Assembly (NCBI RefSeq): GCF_000260965.1
Contig: NC_017856.1
Span: 1,920,001 to 1,952,000 of the forward strand
Length of the DNA: 32,000 nt
Source: Methylophaga frappieri
GTDB lineage: Bacteria > Pseudomonadota > Gammaproteobacteria > Nitrosococcales > Methylophagaceae
Direction: 5' to 3'
Notes under the pieces: generated by a model
The model's database searches: none
What the model was told of the DNA's origin: nothing
Seen by the model: only the letters and a program-made list of their open reading frames with translations
Part shown: one piece after another, positions 21,892 to 32,000 of the stretch
Layout of the letters: every line of letters starts with the position of its first letter
Position numbering within the stretch: the stretch's first letter is position 1
Made by a program: the position numbers and the translations under genes

Positions 21892-23771
21892 CTGGCCCGG
21901 CTCAAGCCAGTGCGCTTGAGATGCACCAATAACAGAGAAATGGCGGCTGGCGTCACGCCAGATAGTCGGGCCGCTTGCCCCAGACTTTGCGGTTTTGCGT
22001 GTTGCAGCTTTTCACGCACTTCATTGGAGAGACCCCGGACGTTGCTGTAATCAATATCTGCGGGTAGTAGTGTATTTTCGTGACGTTGTAACCGCTCTAT
22101 TTCGTCTTTTTGCCGATCGATATAGCCCGCGTATTTGGTGTTGATAACGACTTGTTCAGCGACATCATCAGACACCGACTTGGTTTCACCAAGCAAATCC
22201 AGAATCGTTGCGTAATCCACTTTCGGTCGCCGCAGCAATTCCAACGCCGTCGTGTTTTTACTTAACGGTTCACCTAAAACCCGGGCAACGTGTTGCTGAT
22301 CTACTTTTTCAGGCGCCAGTCGTGACATTTTCAAACGGGTAAACTCGGCATCCACCGCTTGCTGTTTTTCTGAATAAGCCGCCCAGCGCACCTCATCGAC
22401 GATGCCCAGTTCTCGCCCAATTGGGGTCAACCGTTTATCCGCATTATCTTCACGTAACATCAGGCGATATTCTGCACGACTCGTAAACATCCGGTAAGGC
22501 TCTTTGGTACCAGAGGTAATCAAATCGTCGATCAACACGCCGATATAAGCTTCATCACGACGTGGATACCAATGGTCTTTGCCTCGGGCTTGCAATCCGG
22601 CATTAAGCCCGGCAATTAACCCTTGGGCACCCGCTTCTTCGTAGCCGGTAGTGCCATTAATCTGGCCGGCAAAGAATAACCCCGGCATATGTTTGGTTTC
22701 CAGCCATGGATTCAAATCTCGCGGGTCAAAAAAATCATACTCAATGGCATAACCGGGTCGGGTAATATGCGCATTTTCCAAGCCCTTCATTGATCGCACG
22801 ATGTCGTACTGCACATCAAATGGCAGGCTGGTAGAGATACCGTTTGGATAGACCTCATTACAGTCCAGACCTTCCGGCTCAAGAAAAATCTGGTGTGCTG
22901 ATCGATCTGCAAACCGCACGACTTTATCCTCGATAGAAGGACAATATCGCGGACCAATGCCTTCAATCTCACCGCTATACATCGGCGATCGATCCAGGTT
23001 ATTGCGGATGACATCATGCGTTTTTTCATTGGTGTGCGTGATATAGCAAGATATTTGCTCGGGATGATCCTGCCGGCGACCTAGAAAAGAAAAAACAGGG
23101 GTCGGCGTATCGCCGGGCTGCTCCGTCAGACCACTAAAATCGATACTCTGTGTTGCAATTCGAGGGGGCGTGCCGGTTTTAAGGCGATCAACGCGAAATG
23201 GCAAAGCCCGCAAGCGTTCCGCCAACTTGATTGACGCAGGATCCCCAGCACGGCCTCCCTGATGGCGTTGTAAACCAATATGAATAACGCCGCCTAAAAA
23301 AGTCCCGACCGTCAATACCACTGTCTTGGCAGCAAACTGTAACCCCGACTGTGTTACCACACCGGCAACACGATGATTTTCCACAATCAAATCATCCACT
23401 GCCTGCTGGAATAAATACAGATTAGGTTGATTTTCAAGGACATGGCGAATCGCGGCTTTGTAACGAATGCGATCTGCCTGAGCGCGTGTTGCTCTGACAG
23501 CCGGGCCTTTACTGGCATTCAATGTTCGAAATTGAATCCCCCCTTTATCCGCGGCAAGTGCCATTGCACCACCTAAGGCATCAATCTCTTTAACCAGATG
23601 CCCTTTGCCGATCCCACCAATCGCCGGGTTGCAACTCATCTGGCCCAGTGTCTCGATATTTTGGGTCAGCAATAAGGTTTTGACGCCTTGCCGCGCAGCC
23701 GCTAATGCCGCCTCAGTGCCAGCATGACCGCCACCGACCACAATCACATCATATTGATCCTGAAATACCAT
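21888..23771 (-). CDS. mnmG: tRNA uridine-5-carboxymethylaminomethyl modification enzyme MnmG (GidA)
   Basis: FAD-binding motif [21 protein letters not shown]. Length is 627 aa. Confidence 0.97.
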   Translation of the reverse strand: MVFQDQYDVIVVGGGHAGTEAALAAARQGVKTLLLTQNIETLGQMSCNPAIGGIGKGHLVKEIDALGGAMALAADKGGIQFRTLNASKGPAVRATRAQADRIRYKAAIRHVLENQPNLYLFQQAVDDLIVENHRVAGVVTQSGLQFAAKTVVLTVGTFLGGVIHIGLQRHQGGRAGDPASIKLAERLRALPFRVDRLKTGTPPRIATQSIDFSGLTEQPGDTPTPVFSFLGRRQDHPEQISCYITHTNEKTHDVIRNNLDRSPMYSGEIEGIGPRYCPSIEDKVVRFADRSAHQIFLEPEGLDCNEVYPNGISTSLPFDVQYDIVRSMKGLENAHITRPGYAIEYDFFDPRDLNPWLETKHMPGLFFAGQINGTTGYEEAGAQGLIAGLNAGLQARGKDHWYPRRDEAYIGVLIDDLITSGTKEPYRMFTSRAEYRLMLREDNADKRLTPIGRELGIVDEVRWAAYSEKQQAVDAEFTRLKMSRLAPEKVDQQHVARVLGEPLSKNTTALELLRRPKVDYATILDLLGETKSVSDDVAEQVVINTKYAGYIDRQKDEIERLQRHENTLLPADIDYSNVRGLSNEVREKLQHAKPQSLGQAARLSGVTPAAISLLLVHLKRTGLSRAS

Positions 23772-23912
23772 AGTTCACCAAACTGTCGAGGTTTTAAAAA
23801 TGGATGGGCATTTTAACATGCAAGTCACAATCTTTGCCTAGAATTCAATACTTTAACGATGCCTTGTCATCTCACCTATCATTTCTCGCCACAGTTGGAG
23901 TCTTTTGCTCGT

Positions 23913-24269
23913 ATGGAAAAAAATACCGGAGTAAAACGTTTATTTTTCGCCTTTATCTATTCCATGCAGGGGCTTTACGCTGGAATTCGACATGAGTCGG
24001 CTTTTCGTCAGGAGTTTATCGGCCTGATTCTTTTAGTCGGTGTTAGTTTTTTTCTGAATGTCAGCCCAATCGAACGATTTGCCATGATCAGCGTGCTGCT
24101 GGCGGTATTGATTGTCGAAGCGCTCAATTCTGCTATTGAATGCGTCGTTGATCGGGTCAGCACTGACGTCCACAAACTTTCTGGTAGAGCCAAAGACTAT
24201 GGCTCCCTAGCGGTCCTGCTGACATTAATTATTGCGGCCGGGACTTGGCTGTTGATTTTGTTGGACTAA
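23913..24269 (+). CDS. dgkA: Diacylglycerol kinase
   Basis: ORF 23859..24269. The preferred start is the ATG at 23913 ([14 protein letters not shown]...). The conserved [18 protein letters not shown] and [10 protein letters not shown] motifs match E. coli DgkA. Length is 118 aa. Confidence 0.9.
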   Translation: MEKNTGVKRLFFAFIYSMQGLYAGIRHESAFRQEFIGLILLVGVSFFLNVSPIERFAMISVLLAVLIVEALNSAIECVVDRVSTDVHKLSGRAKDYGSLAVLLTLIIAAGTWLLILLD

Positions 24270-25065
24270 ACCGATAAGCCCATATCATCATCACGATACC
24301 GCCCAAAATCATGGGAATACACAGAATCTGCCCCATAGTTAGCCAGTCAAACGCCAGATAGCCATATTGAGGGTCTGGCACCCTGAAAAACTCCACGAAA
24401 AACCGGAAACTGCCATAACCTAACAAAAACAGACCGGAAACAGCCGCCCGAGGTCTCGCTTGAGCAGAAAACCACCAAAGCAGCGCAAACAGCACAAGCC
24501 CTTCTAAAATTGCTTCGTACAATTGCGATGGGTGCCGAGGTAACGGCCCGCCACTTGCAAAAACCATGGCCCAAGGCATATCCGAAACACGCCCCCACAA
24601 TTCGCCATTGATGAAATTACCGATGCGGCCAAAAAACAGACCTAAAGGCACCAATGGTGCAATAAAGTCGGTCAGCTGGAAAAAAGTTCGGTTATGTTTA
24701 CGTCCATACAGCCAAACCGTCACTAACACCCCAAGCAGGCCGCCATGAAACGACATACCACCTTGCCAGATTTTAAAAATGTTTAAAGGGTTATCAAGGT
24801 TGGCGGCCAAGTCATAAAACAAGGCATAGCCTAAACGTCCACCAACGATCACCCCAAGGGCACCATAAAATAACAAGTCTTCAACCTGGTTCTTACTCAG
24901 ACCGAGTCTATCAGCACGCTGACGTGCCAATATCCAAGCAGCGGCAAAGCCAAAAAGATACATTAATCCGTACCAGTGAACCTGTATAAAACCAAGGTCA
25001 ATCGCAACGGGATTTATCTGTAGTGGATTCATAAACATGCTCTGATTTGGGGTTAAACGCATCAT
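24229..25065 (-). CDS. lgt: Prolipoprotein diacylglyceryl transferase
   Basis: Motifs [30 protein letters not shown] and PRHPSQLYE. An alternative start is the ATG at 25038. The 3' end overlaps dgkA by 41 nt. Confidence 0.93.
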   Translation of the reverse strand: MMRLTPNQSMFMNPLQINPVAIDLGFIQVHWYGLMYLFGFAAAWILARQRADRLGLSKNQVEDLLFYGALGVIVGGRLGYALFYDLAANLDNPLNIFKIWQGGMSFHGGLLGVLVTVWLYGRKHNRTFFQLTDFIAPLVPLGLFFGRIGNFINGELWGRVSDMPWAMVFASGGPLPRHPSQLYEAILEGLVLFALLWWFSAQARPRAAVSGLFLLGYGSFRFFVEFFRVPDPQYGYLAFDWLTMGQILCIPMILGGIVMMIWAYRFSPTKSTAKSRPQ

Positions 25066-25096
25066 ATCAATTTTCTTTGACGTACGTCACAAGCTG

Positions 25097-25140
25097 CACG
25101 CACCAAAATGATCCAACAGAGCACTTGCCACGCACCAAAA
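25097..25140 (+). promoter_or_regulatory. Possible NtrC-type upstream activator sites (two direct copies of cacgcaccaaaa)
   Basis: cacgcaccaaaa occurs at 25097..25108 and 25129..25140, which is 32 bp (about 3 helical turns) apart. The first copy extends to GCACCAAAATGATCC, which partly fits the NtrC half-site pattern GCACCAnnnTGGTGC. The sites lie about 100 bp upstream of the sigma-54-type promoter. Confidence 0.3.
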
Positions 25141-25211
25141 CAAAACAAAACAAGTTAAACAAAAGCCAAGCAACCCAGATAAGTTATTGAAATAAAACAT
25201 ATTTAAAGAGT

Positions 25212-25227
25212 TGGCACACTATCTGCG
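25212..25227 (+). promoter_or_regulatory. Sigma-54 (-24/-12) type promoter
   Basis: TGGCAC-actat-CTGCg compares well with the consensus TGGCAC-N5-TTGCa. The GG and GC spacing is correct. It sits about 100 nt upstream of the porin ATG. Confidence 0.55.
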
Positions 25228-25326
25228 TTAGGTGTTGCAGTCTGAATACAGCGTGTTGTAAATCACCAACGCAGACACATTCTAAGACTAAACAAAACAT
25301 AATGTTCTTTGTTCAGGAGTTAAAAA

Positions 25327-26034
25327 ATGAAATTGAAAACCCTTTCAGCTTTATGCCTCGCAGCCTCAACGATGACTATTGCGACGACTGCTAATGCTTG
25401 GGAAAGCGAAGATGGCAACCACTCAACCAGTGCCTCTGTTGCCCTGTCAAGCGAATACATCTGGCGTGGTATTTCACAAACTGATGGCGACCCTGCAATT
25501 TCAGGCAGCTTTGACTATGCACACAGCAGCGGTTTTTATGCTGGTGTTTGGGGTTCGAATGTCGATTATGGTGATGATGCCAGTGCAGAATTTGATGCTT
25601 ATCTTGGTTTTGCCGGTGAATTTGGCGATTCAGGCGTTGGTTATGACATCGGTGCATTACGTTACATGTTCCCAGGCGAAGATTATAACTTCAACGAAGT
25701 CTATGGTTCATTAAGCTATAGCATCTTCTCTGTCGGTATTGCTTACTCAGGTGACACCTTGGGTTCTGATGAAGATGGTTACTACTACTACGCCGATGCA
25801 GGTTATGAGCTGCCATTCGGTCTGAATTTGTACGGCGGTGTCGGTGTTTACGATGCTGATGAAAACACATTCGGTCCTGAAGATTCATACACTCATTACT
25901 GGGTTGGTGTCTCAAAAGATCTGGCCGGCTTTACTTTTGACCTGTCTTACCAAGATGCAGACAGCGATGCCGAAGATATTTTTGGTGATCTGGCTGAAGA
26001 AACCTTCCTGTTTTCCGTTTCTAGATCTTTCTAA
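25327..26034 (+). CDS. TorF-family (Gcw_chp) putative outer-membrane porin
   Basis: Signal peptide MKLKTLSALCLAASTMTIATTANA, the family motif SSEYIWRGISQTDG, alternating beta-strand pattern and the C-terminal ...FSVSRSF. As I recall, genes of this family commonly sit upstream of glnK-amtB. Confidence 0.72.
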   Translation: MKLKTLSALCLAASTMTIATTANAWESEDGNHSTSASVALSSEYIWRGISQTDGDPAISGSFDYAHSSGFYAGVWGSNVDYGDDASAEFDAYLGFAGEFGDSGVGYDIGALRYMFPGEDYNFNEVYGSLSYSIFSVGIAYSGDTLGSDEDGYYYYADAGYELPFGLNLYGGVGVYDADENTFGPEDSYTHYWVGVSKDLAGFTFDLSYQDADSDAEDIFGDLAEETFLFSVSRSF

Positions 26035-26046
26035 CGTTTCTAATGC

Positions 26047-26079
26047 GGGCCTGATTGCATCAGCACAGGCCCTCTTTCT
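26047..26079 (+). terminator. Intra-operon hairpin; possible partial terminator between the porin gene and glnK
   Basis: gggcctg (26047..26053), a 12-nt loop, caggccc (26066..26072), followed by TCTTTCT. The T-tract is weak. Confidence 0.4.
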
Positions 26080-26081
26080 AA

Positions 26082-26435
<354 letters not shown>

Positions 26436-26453
26436 GACTGAGGAGTAGATAAT

Positions 26454-27692
26454 ATGGAAAATGAAATCTTCCAACTCCAATATGCACTGGACACCTTTTA
26501 TTTCCTGATTAGTGGTGCCTTTGTTATGTGGATGGCCGCCGGCTTCGCGATGCTGGAAGCGGGCCTGGTACGTGCAAAAAATACGACTGAAATCTTAACC
26601 AAAAACGTGATGCTGTTTGCGATTGCATGCACCGCTTATCTCGTTGTTGGTTATGACATCATGTACGATGGCGGTATGTTCTTGGCCGGTATTGTTGGTG
26701 ACGGCGTTGCCGGTGCTGATGAGCCAGCGACTTATGCCCCTTCTGCTGACTTCTTCTTCCAGGTTGTATTCGTGGCTACTGCCATGTCTATTGTTTCTGG
26801 TGCGGTAGCAGAGCGTATGAAACTGTGGGCCTTTGCGGCTTTCGCTATTGTCATGACCGCGTTCATTTACCCAATGGAAGGTTCGTGGACTTGGGGTGGT
26901 GCTGATGTCTTTGGCATGTACAACCTGGGTGACTTGGGCTTCCTTGACTTTGCCGGTTCTGGCATTGTTCACATGGCGGGTGCAGCGGCTGCATTAGCTG
27001 GTGTCATGCTGCTGGGCGCACGTAAAGGCAAATATGGACCGAATGGTGAAGTTCGTCCGATTCCAGGTGGTAATTTGCCACTGGCAACACTCGGCACATT
27101 CATCCTGTGGTTGGGTTGGTTCGGCTTTAACGGTGGTTCAGTGCTGGCGACGGCTTCAGTCGAAAGTGCTAATGCCGTTGCGGTTGTGTTCATGAACACT
27201 AACGCTGCTGCTGCAGGTGGTGTACTGGCTGCGCTGATTGTTGCTAAGCTGATGTTTGGCAAAGCGGATTTGACCATGATCCTGAATGGTGCATTGGCTG
27301 GTTTGGTCGCTATTACAGCGGGGCCTGATACACCAACCCCATTGATGGCAACCATCATTGGCGCCATTGGTGGCCTGATTGTCGTTTTCTCAATCGTGTT
27401 CATGGATAAAGTTAAAATCGATGATCCGGTTGGTGCGATTTCAGTACACGGTGTTGTTGGCTTGTGGGGTCTGCTTGCTGTGCCTCTGACAAACAGTGAT
27501 GCCAGCTTCTCCGCGCAAATCATCGGTGCAGTGACCATTTTCGTCTGGGTCTTTGTTACCAGCCTCATCGTCTGGGGCGTATTGAAAATGGTAATGGGCA
27601 TCCGCGTCTCTGAAGAAGAAGAGTACGAAGGTGTCGACCTTGTTGAATGCGGTATGGAAGCTTATCCAGAGTTCACTAACTCTGGCAAATAA
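26454..27692 (+). CDS. amtB: Ammonium transporter
   Basis: 412 aa polytopic protein with FAMLEAGLVRAKN, DFAGSGIVHM and GGLIVVF...DDPVGAISVHGVVG motifs. A GAGGAG lies upstream. Confidence 0.95.
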   Translation: MENEIFQLQYALDTFYFLISGAFVMWMAAGFAMLEAGLVRAKNTTEILTKNVMLFAIACTAYLVVGYDIMYDGGMFLAGIVGDGVAGADEPATYAPSADFFFQVVFVATAMSIVSGAVAERMKLWAFAAFAIVMTAFIYPMEGSWTWGGADVFGMYNLGDLGFLDFAGSGIVHMAGAAAALAGVMLLGARKGKYGPNGEVRPIPGGNLPLATLGTFILWLGWFGFNGGSVLATASVESANAVAVVFMNTNAAAAGGVLAALIVAKLMFGKADLTMILNGALAGLVAITAGPDTPTPLMATIIGAIGGLIVVFSIVFMDKVKIDDPVGAISVHGVVGLWGLLAVPLTNSDASFSAQIIGAVTIFVWVFVTSLIVWGVLKMVMGIRVSEEEEYEGVDLVECGMEAYPEFTNSGK

Positions 27693-27713
27693 GCCTCAAA
27701 CGCAAGACAACAC

Positions 27714-27751
27714 AAAAAAGGCCGGTATTTTTACCGGCCTTTTTTATTTTT
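27714..27751. terminator. Bidirectional rho-independent terminator (amtB on +, hemE on -)
   Basis: An A-run at 27714..27719, then stem ggccggta (27720..27727), loop tttt, taccggcc (27732..27739), then TTTTTTATTTTT. Confidence 0.8.
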
Positions 27752-27818
27752 CACGATCTACGCCTTTTGTTAATAGTCACCCTCCATCTGTACCCTGGCA
27801 AAGGATGGCTTGCCGTTG

Positions 27819-28886
27819 TTAATTTTGGTGATAAAGCGCCGAATATTGATGCACTGCTTCAACCAGTGCCGATACATGTTCGGGGTCGATAGTGGGATGA
27901 ATACCATGCCCCAGATTAAATACATGGCCATTGCCATGACCAAAGCCAGATAAGATCTGTTGGACTTCCTGTTCAATCCGCTTTGGTGAGGCATAAAGTA
28001 AACACGGATCCATATTGCCTTGTAATGCAACGCGATCGCCAACCAACTGCCGCGCCAACGCTATATCGGTTGTCCAATCCAACCCCAGTGCATCGGCGCC
28101 TGTATCGGCCATGTGCGATAACCATTGGCCTCCGCCCTTAGTAAACAAGGTAATTGGCACATCAGCATTTGCTGGTCTTTGCTTCACGCCGTCAATAATC
28201 TGTTGCATATAGCGCAAGGAAAAGGCTCGATAAGCCTCACCACTCAGCGCTCCTCCCCACGTATCAAATAACATTAATGCTTGCGCACCTGCGTCGATTT
28301 GCGCGTTCAAATAATCAGTGACGGCCGTCGCCAACTTAGCCAGCAAGGCATACATTAATTCTGGTGCATCAAACGCCATGGCTTTGACTTTGGCAAAATC
28401 CTTACTGGCACCGCCTTCTACCATGTAACAGGCTAAGGTCCATGGACTGCCACTAAAACCTATCAATGGCACCTTATTGTTGATTTCCCGACGCGTAAGC
28501 CGAATAGCATCCATAACGTAACCGAGCGTGTCATGCATATCAGGAATGGGCAGTTGCGCGACATCTGCAGCACTACCAATAGTTCGTTCAAACTTGGGGC
28601 CTTCCCCGGTAACAAAATACAGTCCCAATCCCATGGCATCGGGAATGGTCAAAATATCGGAAAAAATGATCGACGCATCCAAGTCAAACCGACGCAAGGG
28701 TTGTAAAGTCACCTCACAAGCCAGTTCAGGGGTGCGGCACAAGGTCATAAAATCCCCTGCTTGCTTACGAACTTCACGGTATTCAGGCAAATAACGTCCG
28801 GCTTGGCGCATAATCCAAATTGGTGTTCTATCTACTGGCTGACGGCGAAGTGCGCGCAAGTAACGATCATTTTCAAGTTGTGACAC
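27819..28886 (-). CDS. hemE: Uroporphyrinogen decarboxylase
   Basis: [40 protein letters not shown] closely matches the E. coli HemE N-terminus. It has a GTG start with AAGGGGA 5 nt upstream. Length is 355 aa. Confidence 0.95.
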   Translation of the reverse strand: MSQLENDRYLRALRRQPVDRTPIWIMRQAGRYLPEYREVRKQAGDFMTLCRTPELACEVTLQPLRRFDLDASIIFSDILTIPDAMGLGLYFVTGEGPKFERTIGSAADVAQLPIPDMHDTLGYVMDAIRLTRREINNKVPLIGFSGSPWTLACYMVEGGASKDFAKVKAMAFDAPELMYALLAKLATAVTDYLNAQIDAGAQALMLFDTWGGALSGEAYRAFSLRYMQQIIDGVKQRPANADVPITLFTKGGGQWLSHMADTGADALGLDWTTDIALARQLVGDRVALQGNMDPCLLYASPKRIEQEVQQILSGFGHGNGHVFNLGHGIHPTIDPEHVSALVEAVHQYSALYHQN

Positions 28887-29254
28887 GGTGTCCCCTTAAT
28901 TATCTGTTCTGTCGGTCATAAACGTGAGGCCAATCTGAAAAAAGTCAGACAAACCAATAACGCTGATGACTGCAAAGCGACAGCTATTTTACACGTCCGG
29001 CAATTCGCGCATACCTAAAGCTGAATTAGAAACCACCAAACAGCGGATAATGCCAGAACCGTCCATGTAATTAAGCGACTCAAGAGCCGGCACAGTTAGC
29101 GAAGAAAGCAATTCCATTAATTTTTTTGGCATTGACGCTCTGAATAGCCAACTCAGAAATCATCACATTGACATCGATTAGGATGCTTAAATTTTCCTAT
29201 TTTCAATAAACTAGCTAAAATGCACTGCTTTTCCTCAGTCAGAAAATAGGCGAT

Positions 29255-29764
29255 ATGAGTAAAGCAATTGTCGGGGTAGTAATGGGCAGTAATAGCGACT
29301 GGCCTGTTATGCAGAAAGCAGTCGAACAACTGGACACATTTGGCATCCCCTATGAAACCCAAGTCGTTTCCGCTCACCGCACACCAGATTTGTTAACCGA
29401 ATATGCCAAAACGGCACAGCAACGCGGTTTGCAATGCATTATTGCCGGGGCGGGCGGTGCGGCACACTTGCCAGGCATGTTGGCTGCAAACACCATTTTG
29501 CCGGTCTTGGGCGTACCCGTCCCTTCACGCTATTTAAAAGGCCAGGATTCATTATTATCTATTGTGCAAATGCCTAAAGGTATTCCGGTTGCTACTTTTG
29601 CTATCGGCGAGGCCGGTGCGGCCAATGCCGCCTTATTTGCTATTTCAATTTTGGCAACAACTCGGCCTGATCTGACTGAAAAGTTAAACGAATTTCGTGA
29701 GCAACAGCAACGTGCTGTGCTTGCCATGACGCTCCCAGACCAACAAGGTAACGCTGAAAGATGA
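29255..29764 (+). CDS. purE: 5-(carboxyamino)imidazole ribonucleotide mutase
   Basis: [24 protein letters not shown] and [10 protein letters not shown] motifs. Length is 169 aa. Confidence 0.95.
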   Translation: MSKAIVGVVMGSNSDWPVMQKAVEQLDTFGIPYETQVVSAHRTPDLLTEYAKTAQQRGLQCIIAGAGGAAHLPGMLAANTILPVLGVPVPSRYLKGQDSLLSIVQMPKGIPVATFAIGEAGAANAALFAISILATTRPDLTEKLNEFREQQQRAVLAMTLPDQQGNAER

Positions 29765-30891
29765 TATTCCCCGGTGCAACACTCGGTATGCTTGGTGGTG
29801 GTCAGCTTGGCCGCATGTTTACGATGGCAGCTCAAACCATGGGCTACCATGTCATTGTGCTCGATCCCGATCAGGACAGTCCGGCCGGCATCATTGCCAA
29901 TAGCCATATTTGTGCGGCCTATGACGACGAGTCTGCATTGAGTGATCTGGCATCGCAATGTGATGCGATTTCAACCGAATTTGAGAATATTCCGGCAACG
30001 ACACTCGCGTTTCTGGAACAGCGTACGGTGGTGCATCCTGCCTCACAAGCATTAGCAAAAACCCAAAACCGAAACACCGAGAAGAATTTTATTCGCAGCC
30101 AGAATATTGCCACGGTTCCTTTTGTGAGTATTTATCAAAAAAGCGACCTCGAAAAAGCATCAGAACATATTCAGTTTCCGGCCATCTTAAAAGTGGCAAC
30201 GTTTGGCTACGATGGAAAAGGCCAGATTGTGTGTTCAGATCTTCCTGCTGCCTATGAAGCATTTGAACAACTGGGTCAAAAAGAATGTGTTCTCGAACAG
30301 CGGATTGATCTCGCCTGTGAAATTTCCGTCGTGCTGGCGCGAAGTGACGTTGGTACCATCACGCCTTTTCCGGTTGCAGAAAATGTCCATGTGAATGGTA
30401 TTTTGCATAGCACAATGGTACCAAGTCATGCTCCGGACGCTTTACAGCAATCGGCCATCGAGAAAGCCAGTCAGATAGCCGAAGGACTCGGTTATGTTGG
30501 CACCCTGGCTGTCGAGTTTTTTATCTCTCAACAAGGCGACGTCATTGCCAATGAAATTGCACCCAGACCACATAATTCTGGCCATTACACATTAGATGCC
30601 TGTCCAACATCACAGTTTGAGCAACAAGTTCGTATGCTGTGTGGTTTGCCGGCTGGTGACGTCAGTCTACAGTCGCCTGTGGTGATGATTAATCTTCTCG
30701 GTGATGTCTGGGGTGATAGCCAGCCCCACTGGTCAGCTGTATTGGAACAACCCAACAGCAAACTTCATTTATATGGCAAAAAGGCAGCACGTCCAGGTCG
30801 AAAAATGGGCCACTTTACCGTTCTGGCCAATGATACTGACACTGCCATGCAGCAGGCCGAGACTGTTTTTTCAGCTTTACAGGCTGATTAA
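29761..30891 (+). CDS. purK: 5-(carboxyamino)imidazole ribonucleotide synthase
   Basis: [12 protein letters not shown] at the N-terminus, an ATP-grasp core and ...APRPHNSGH. Its start overlaps the purE stop (ATGA). Length is 376 aa. Confidence 0.94.
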   Translation: MIFPGATLGMLGGGQLGRMFTMAAQTMGYHVIVLDPDQDSPAGIIANSHICAAYDDESALSDLASQCDAISTEFENIPATTLAFLEQRTVVHPASQALAKTQNRNTEKNFIRSQNIATVPFVSIYQKSDLEKASEHIQFPAILKVATFGYDGKGQIVCSDLPAAYEAFEQLGQKECVLEQRIDLACEISVVLARSDVGTITPFPVAENVHVNGILHSTMVPSHAPDALQQSAIEKASQIAEGLGYVGTLAVEFFISQQGDVIANEIAPRPHNSGHYTLDACPTSQFEQQVRMLCGLPAGDVSLQSPVVMINLLGDVWGDSQPHWSAVLEQPNSKLHLYGKKAARPGRKMGHFTVLANDTDTAMQQAETVFSALQAD

Positions 30892-31169
30892 TGGCAACCA
30901 TCCAAATCACATACTGCATGCAATGCCGCTGGTTACTTCGTGCAGCCTGGATGGCGCAGGAATTATTGACCACCTTTGATGGCGAAATTGAATCATTAAC
31001 CCTGATCCCGGCCACTGGTGGCGTATTTACGGTAACGGCAACAGAGCAAATCGCTTGGGACCGCAAAACGGAAGGTCGTTTTCCTGATATTACCGAGCTG
31101 AAACAACGCGTGCGCGATATTATCGCTCCCGCACAGGATTTAGGCCACGCCGATCGGAAAACGGATTAG
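30891..31169 (+). CDS. Rdx (SelW/SelT/SelH)-family thioredoxin-fold protein, Cys form (CxxC)
   Basis: IQITYCMQCRWLLRAAWMAQELLTTF ... ELKQRVRDIIAP is the typical bacterial Rdx signature as I recall it. Length is 92 aa. Its ATG overlaps the purK TAA (TAATG). Confidence 0.75.
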   Translation: MATIQITYCMQCRWLLRAAWMAQELLTTFDGEIESLTLIPATGGVFTVTATEQIAWDRKTEGRFPDITELKQRVRDIIAPAQDLGHADRKTD

Positions 31170-31266
31170 CTCCTTCGCTTGTATAGAATAACTACGCCAC
31201 GCGATGCCGCCTTGCCGGCCATAAAAATAATCGCCAGCAGTGGTGGATCTCAGAGATGAACAGGCC

Positions 31267-32000
31267 CTAGACAGACTCTACCTTTTCACTAAAACCACAG
31301 TCTTTTTGTGGGCAGACCTTTTCAGTCCCTTTGCTCTTTGTTGTCTTTAAGGTCAGGATGGGCCATTCACAGTTTGGACACGCCTCATTCAGCGGCTCGT
31401 TCCATAGCGCATAGTCACATTTTGGGTATTCCGAACAAGAGTAAAACACTTTGCCGCGCCGGGATTTACGCGTCAGGATTTCGCCTTTCTTACATTGCGG
31501 GCAATCAACCCCGGTGTTAGTCGGCTGCTCCAGAGACTCAATATGCTTACATTTTGGATAACTGCTGCAACCAATAAATTTGCCATAGCGGCCGGTTCGG
31601 AAGATTAAATCCGAATCACATTTCGGACATTGACGACCTTCGACCTTCTCGGGCTCGCTGGCTGTCGTTTCTTCTCCATCCATGTTTCGGGTGTAATCAC
31701 AATCCGGATAACCGGTACAGCCGATAAAGCGGCCACTCCGACCCAGACGACTGGATAGCTGCTTACCACACTTTGGACAGTTTTCGTCCAGCAGCTCCTG
31801 CGTGACGTCACTGCGTTGGACTGATTTATCCTTGGTTTCAACCTGACTTTTGAACGGCCCCCAAAAGCTACGCAGCAGCGGGATCCACTCTTCTTCGCCG
31901 CGAGAGACGGCGTCAAGTTCATCTTCAAGTTTGGCGGTAAAACTGTAATCCACGTAGCGGGTAAAGTGATCGACCAGAAACTTACCCACAACCCGTCCGA
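31267..32000 (-). CDS. topA: DNA topoisomerase I, C-terminal zinc-ribbon region (the 5' part lies outside the window)
   Basis: LEDELDAVSRGEEEWIPLL, followed by repeated topo-I zinc ribbons: CPKCGKQL..CTGYPDC, CPKCDSDL..CSSYPKC, CPQCKKGE..CSEYPKC and CPNC..CPQKDC. The reading frame is open to the window edge. Confidence 0.88.
   Translation of the reverse strand, partial: GRVVGKFLVDHFTRYVDYSFTAKLEDELDAVSRGEEEWIPLLRSFWGPFKSQVETKDKSVQRSDVTQELLDENCPKCGKQLSSRLGRSGRFIGCTGYPDCDYTRNMDGEETTASEPEKVEGRQCPKCDSDLIFRTGRYGKFIGCSSYPKCKHIESLEQPTNTGVDCPQCKKGEILTRKSRRGKVFYSCSEYPKCDYALWNEPLNEACPNCEWPILTLKTTKSKGTEKVCPQKDCGFSEKVESV

Noticed and set aside
23772-23912. oriC next to mnmG (gidA), as in E. coli and Vibrio
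   Set aside because: The spacer is only 141 bp and leads directly into dgkA. By eye I found no TTATCCACA-type DnaA boxes, no AT-rich 13-mer cluster and no GATC clustering. The mnmG-rsmG-parAB-atp order fits genomes whose oriC is near dnaA and rpmH, which is outside this window.
25136-25175. (CAAAA)n pentamer tract as a phase-variable simple-sequence repeat
   Set aside because: There are only three perfect units followed by degenerate copies, which is too short for slipped-strand switching. It lies between the putative enhancer sites and the sigma-54-type promoter, where an intrinsically bent A-tract or IHF region is expected.
25551-25565. tRNA T-arm-like ggttcgaat motif
   Set aside because: It sits inside the porin coding frame (GVWGSNVD). 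No acceptor or anticodon stems can be drawn around it.
26969-27601. 210-aa minus-strand ORF inside amtB, and similar long antisense ORFs: 2866..3408, 2966..3451, 12548..12973, 12937..13359, 14484..14924 and 19758..20219
   Set aside because: All are embedded in strongly recognisable conserved genes on the other strand or in another frame. They have low-complexity Ala/Pro/Ser/Thr/Arg composition and lack ribosome-binding sites. They are typical shadow ORFs.
29095-29110. Second sigma-54-like motif cGGCACagttaGCGA in the hemE-purE spacer
   Set aside because: The GC dinucleotide is two bases too close to the GG compared with the -24/-12 spacing, and no plausible target gene lies downstream.

Overview
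This looks like a core-chromosome segment of a gammaproteobacterium. My hand counts of coding samples give about 45-47 % GC. The gene order resembles marine Oceanospirillales or Pseudomonas-like genomes, but the taxon is a guess. The minus strand carries the classic mnmG-rsmG-parA-parB-atpIBEFHAGDC-glmU block (11.0-23.8 kb). The left flank (0-7.2 kb) holds two TonB-dependent receptors, a textbook sigma-32-type promoter in front of a cbpA-degQ pair, gdhA and a bacterioferritin. The right flank (23.9-32 kb) holds convergently overlapping dgkA/lgt, a sigma-54-type porin-glnK-amtB unit, hemE, purE-purK plus an Rdx/SelW-like CxxC gene, and the 3' end of topA. The only accessory-looking stretch is 7.2-11.1 kb. 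It contains a cysteine-free SmtB-type metal sensor co-transcribed with a 25 % histidine tandem-repeat protein, an ExoD-family gene, and a secreted cupin gene embedded in interspersed or palindromic repeats. It also contains a low-GC orphan membrane protein butted against the glmU stop codon, where glmS often sits. I saw no rRNA or tRNA genes, CRISPR arrays, transposase or integrase genes, or recognisable defence or toxin genes. I did not find a convincing multi-gene novel system. The best leads are the ArsR/His-rich module, the orphan next to glmU, and the repeat-bracketed islet. All family assignments come from reading the translations and from recall; no searches were run.
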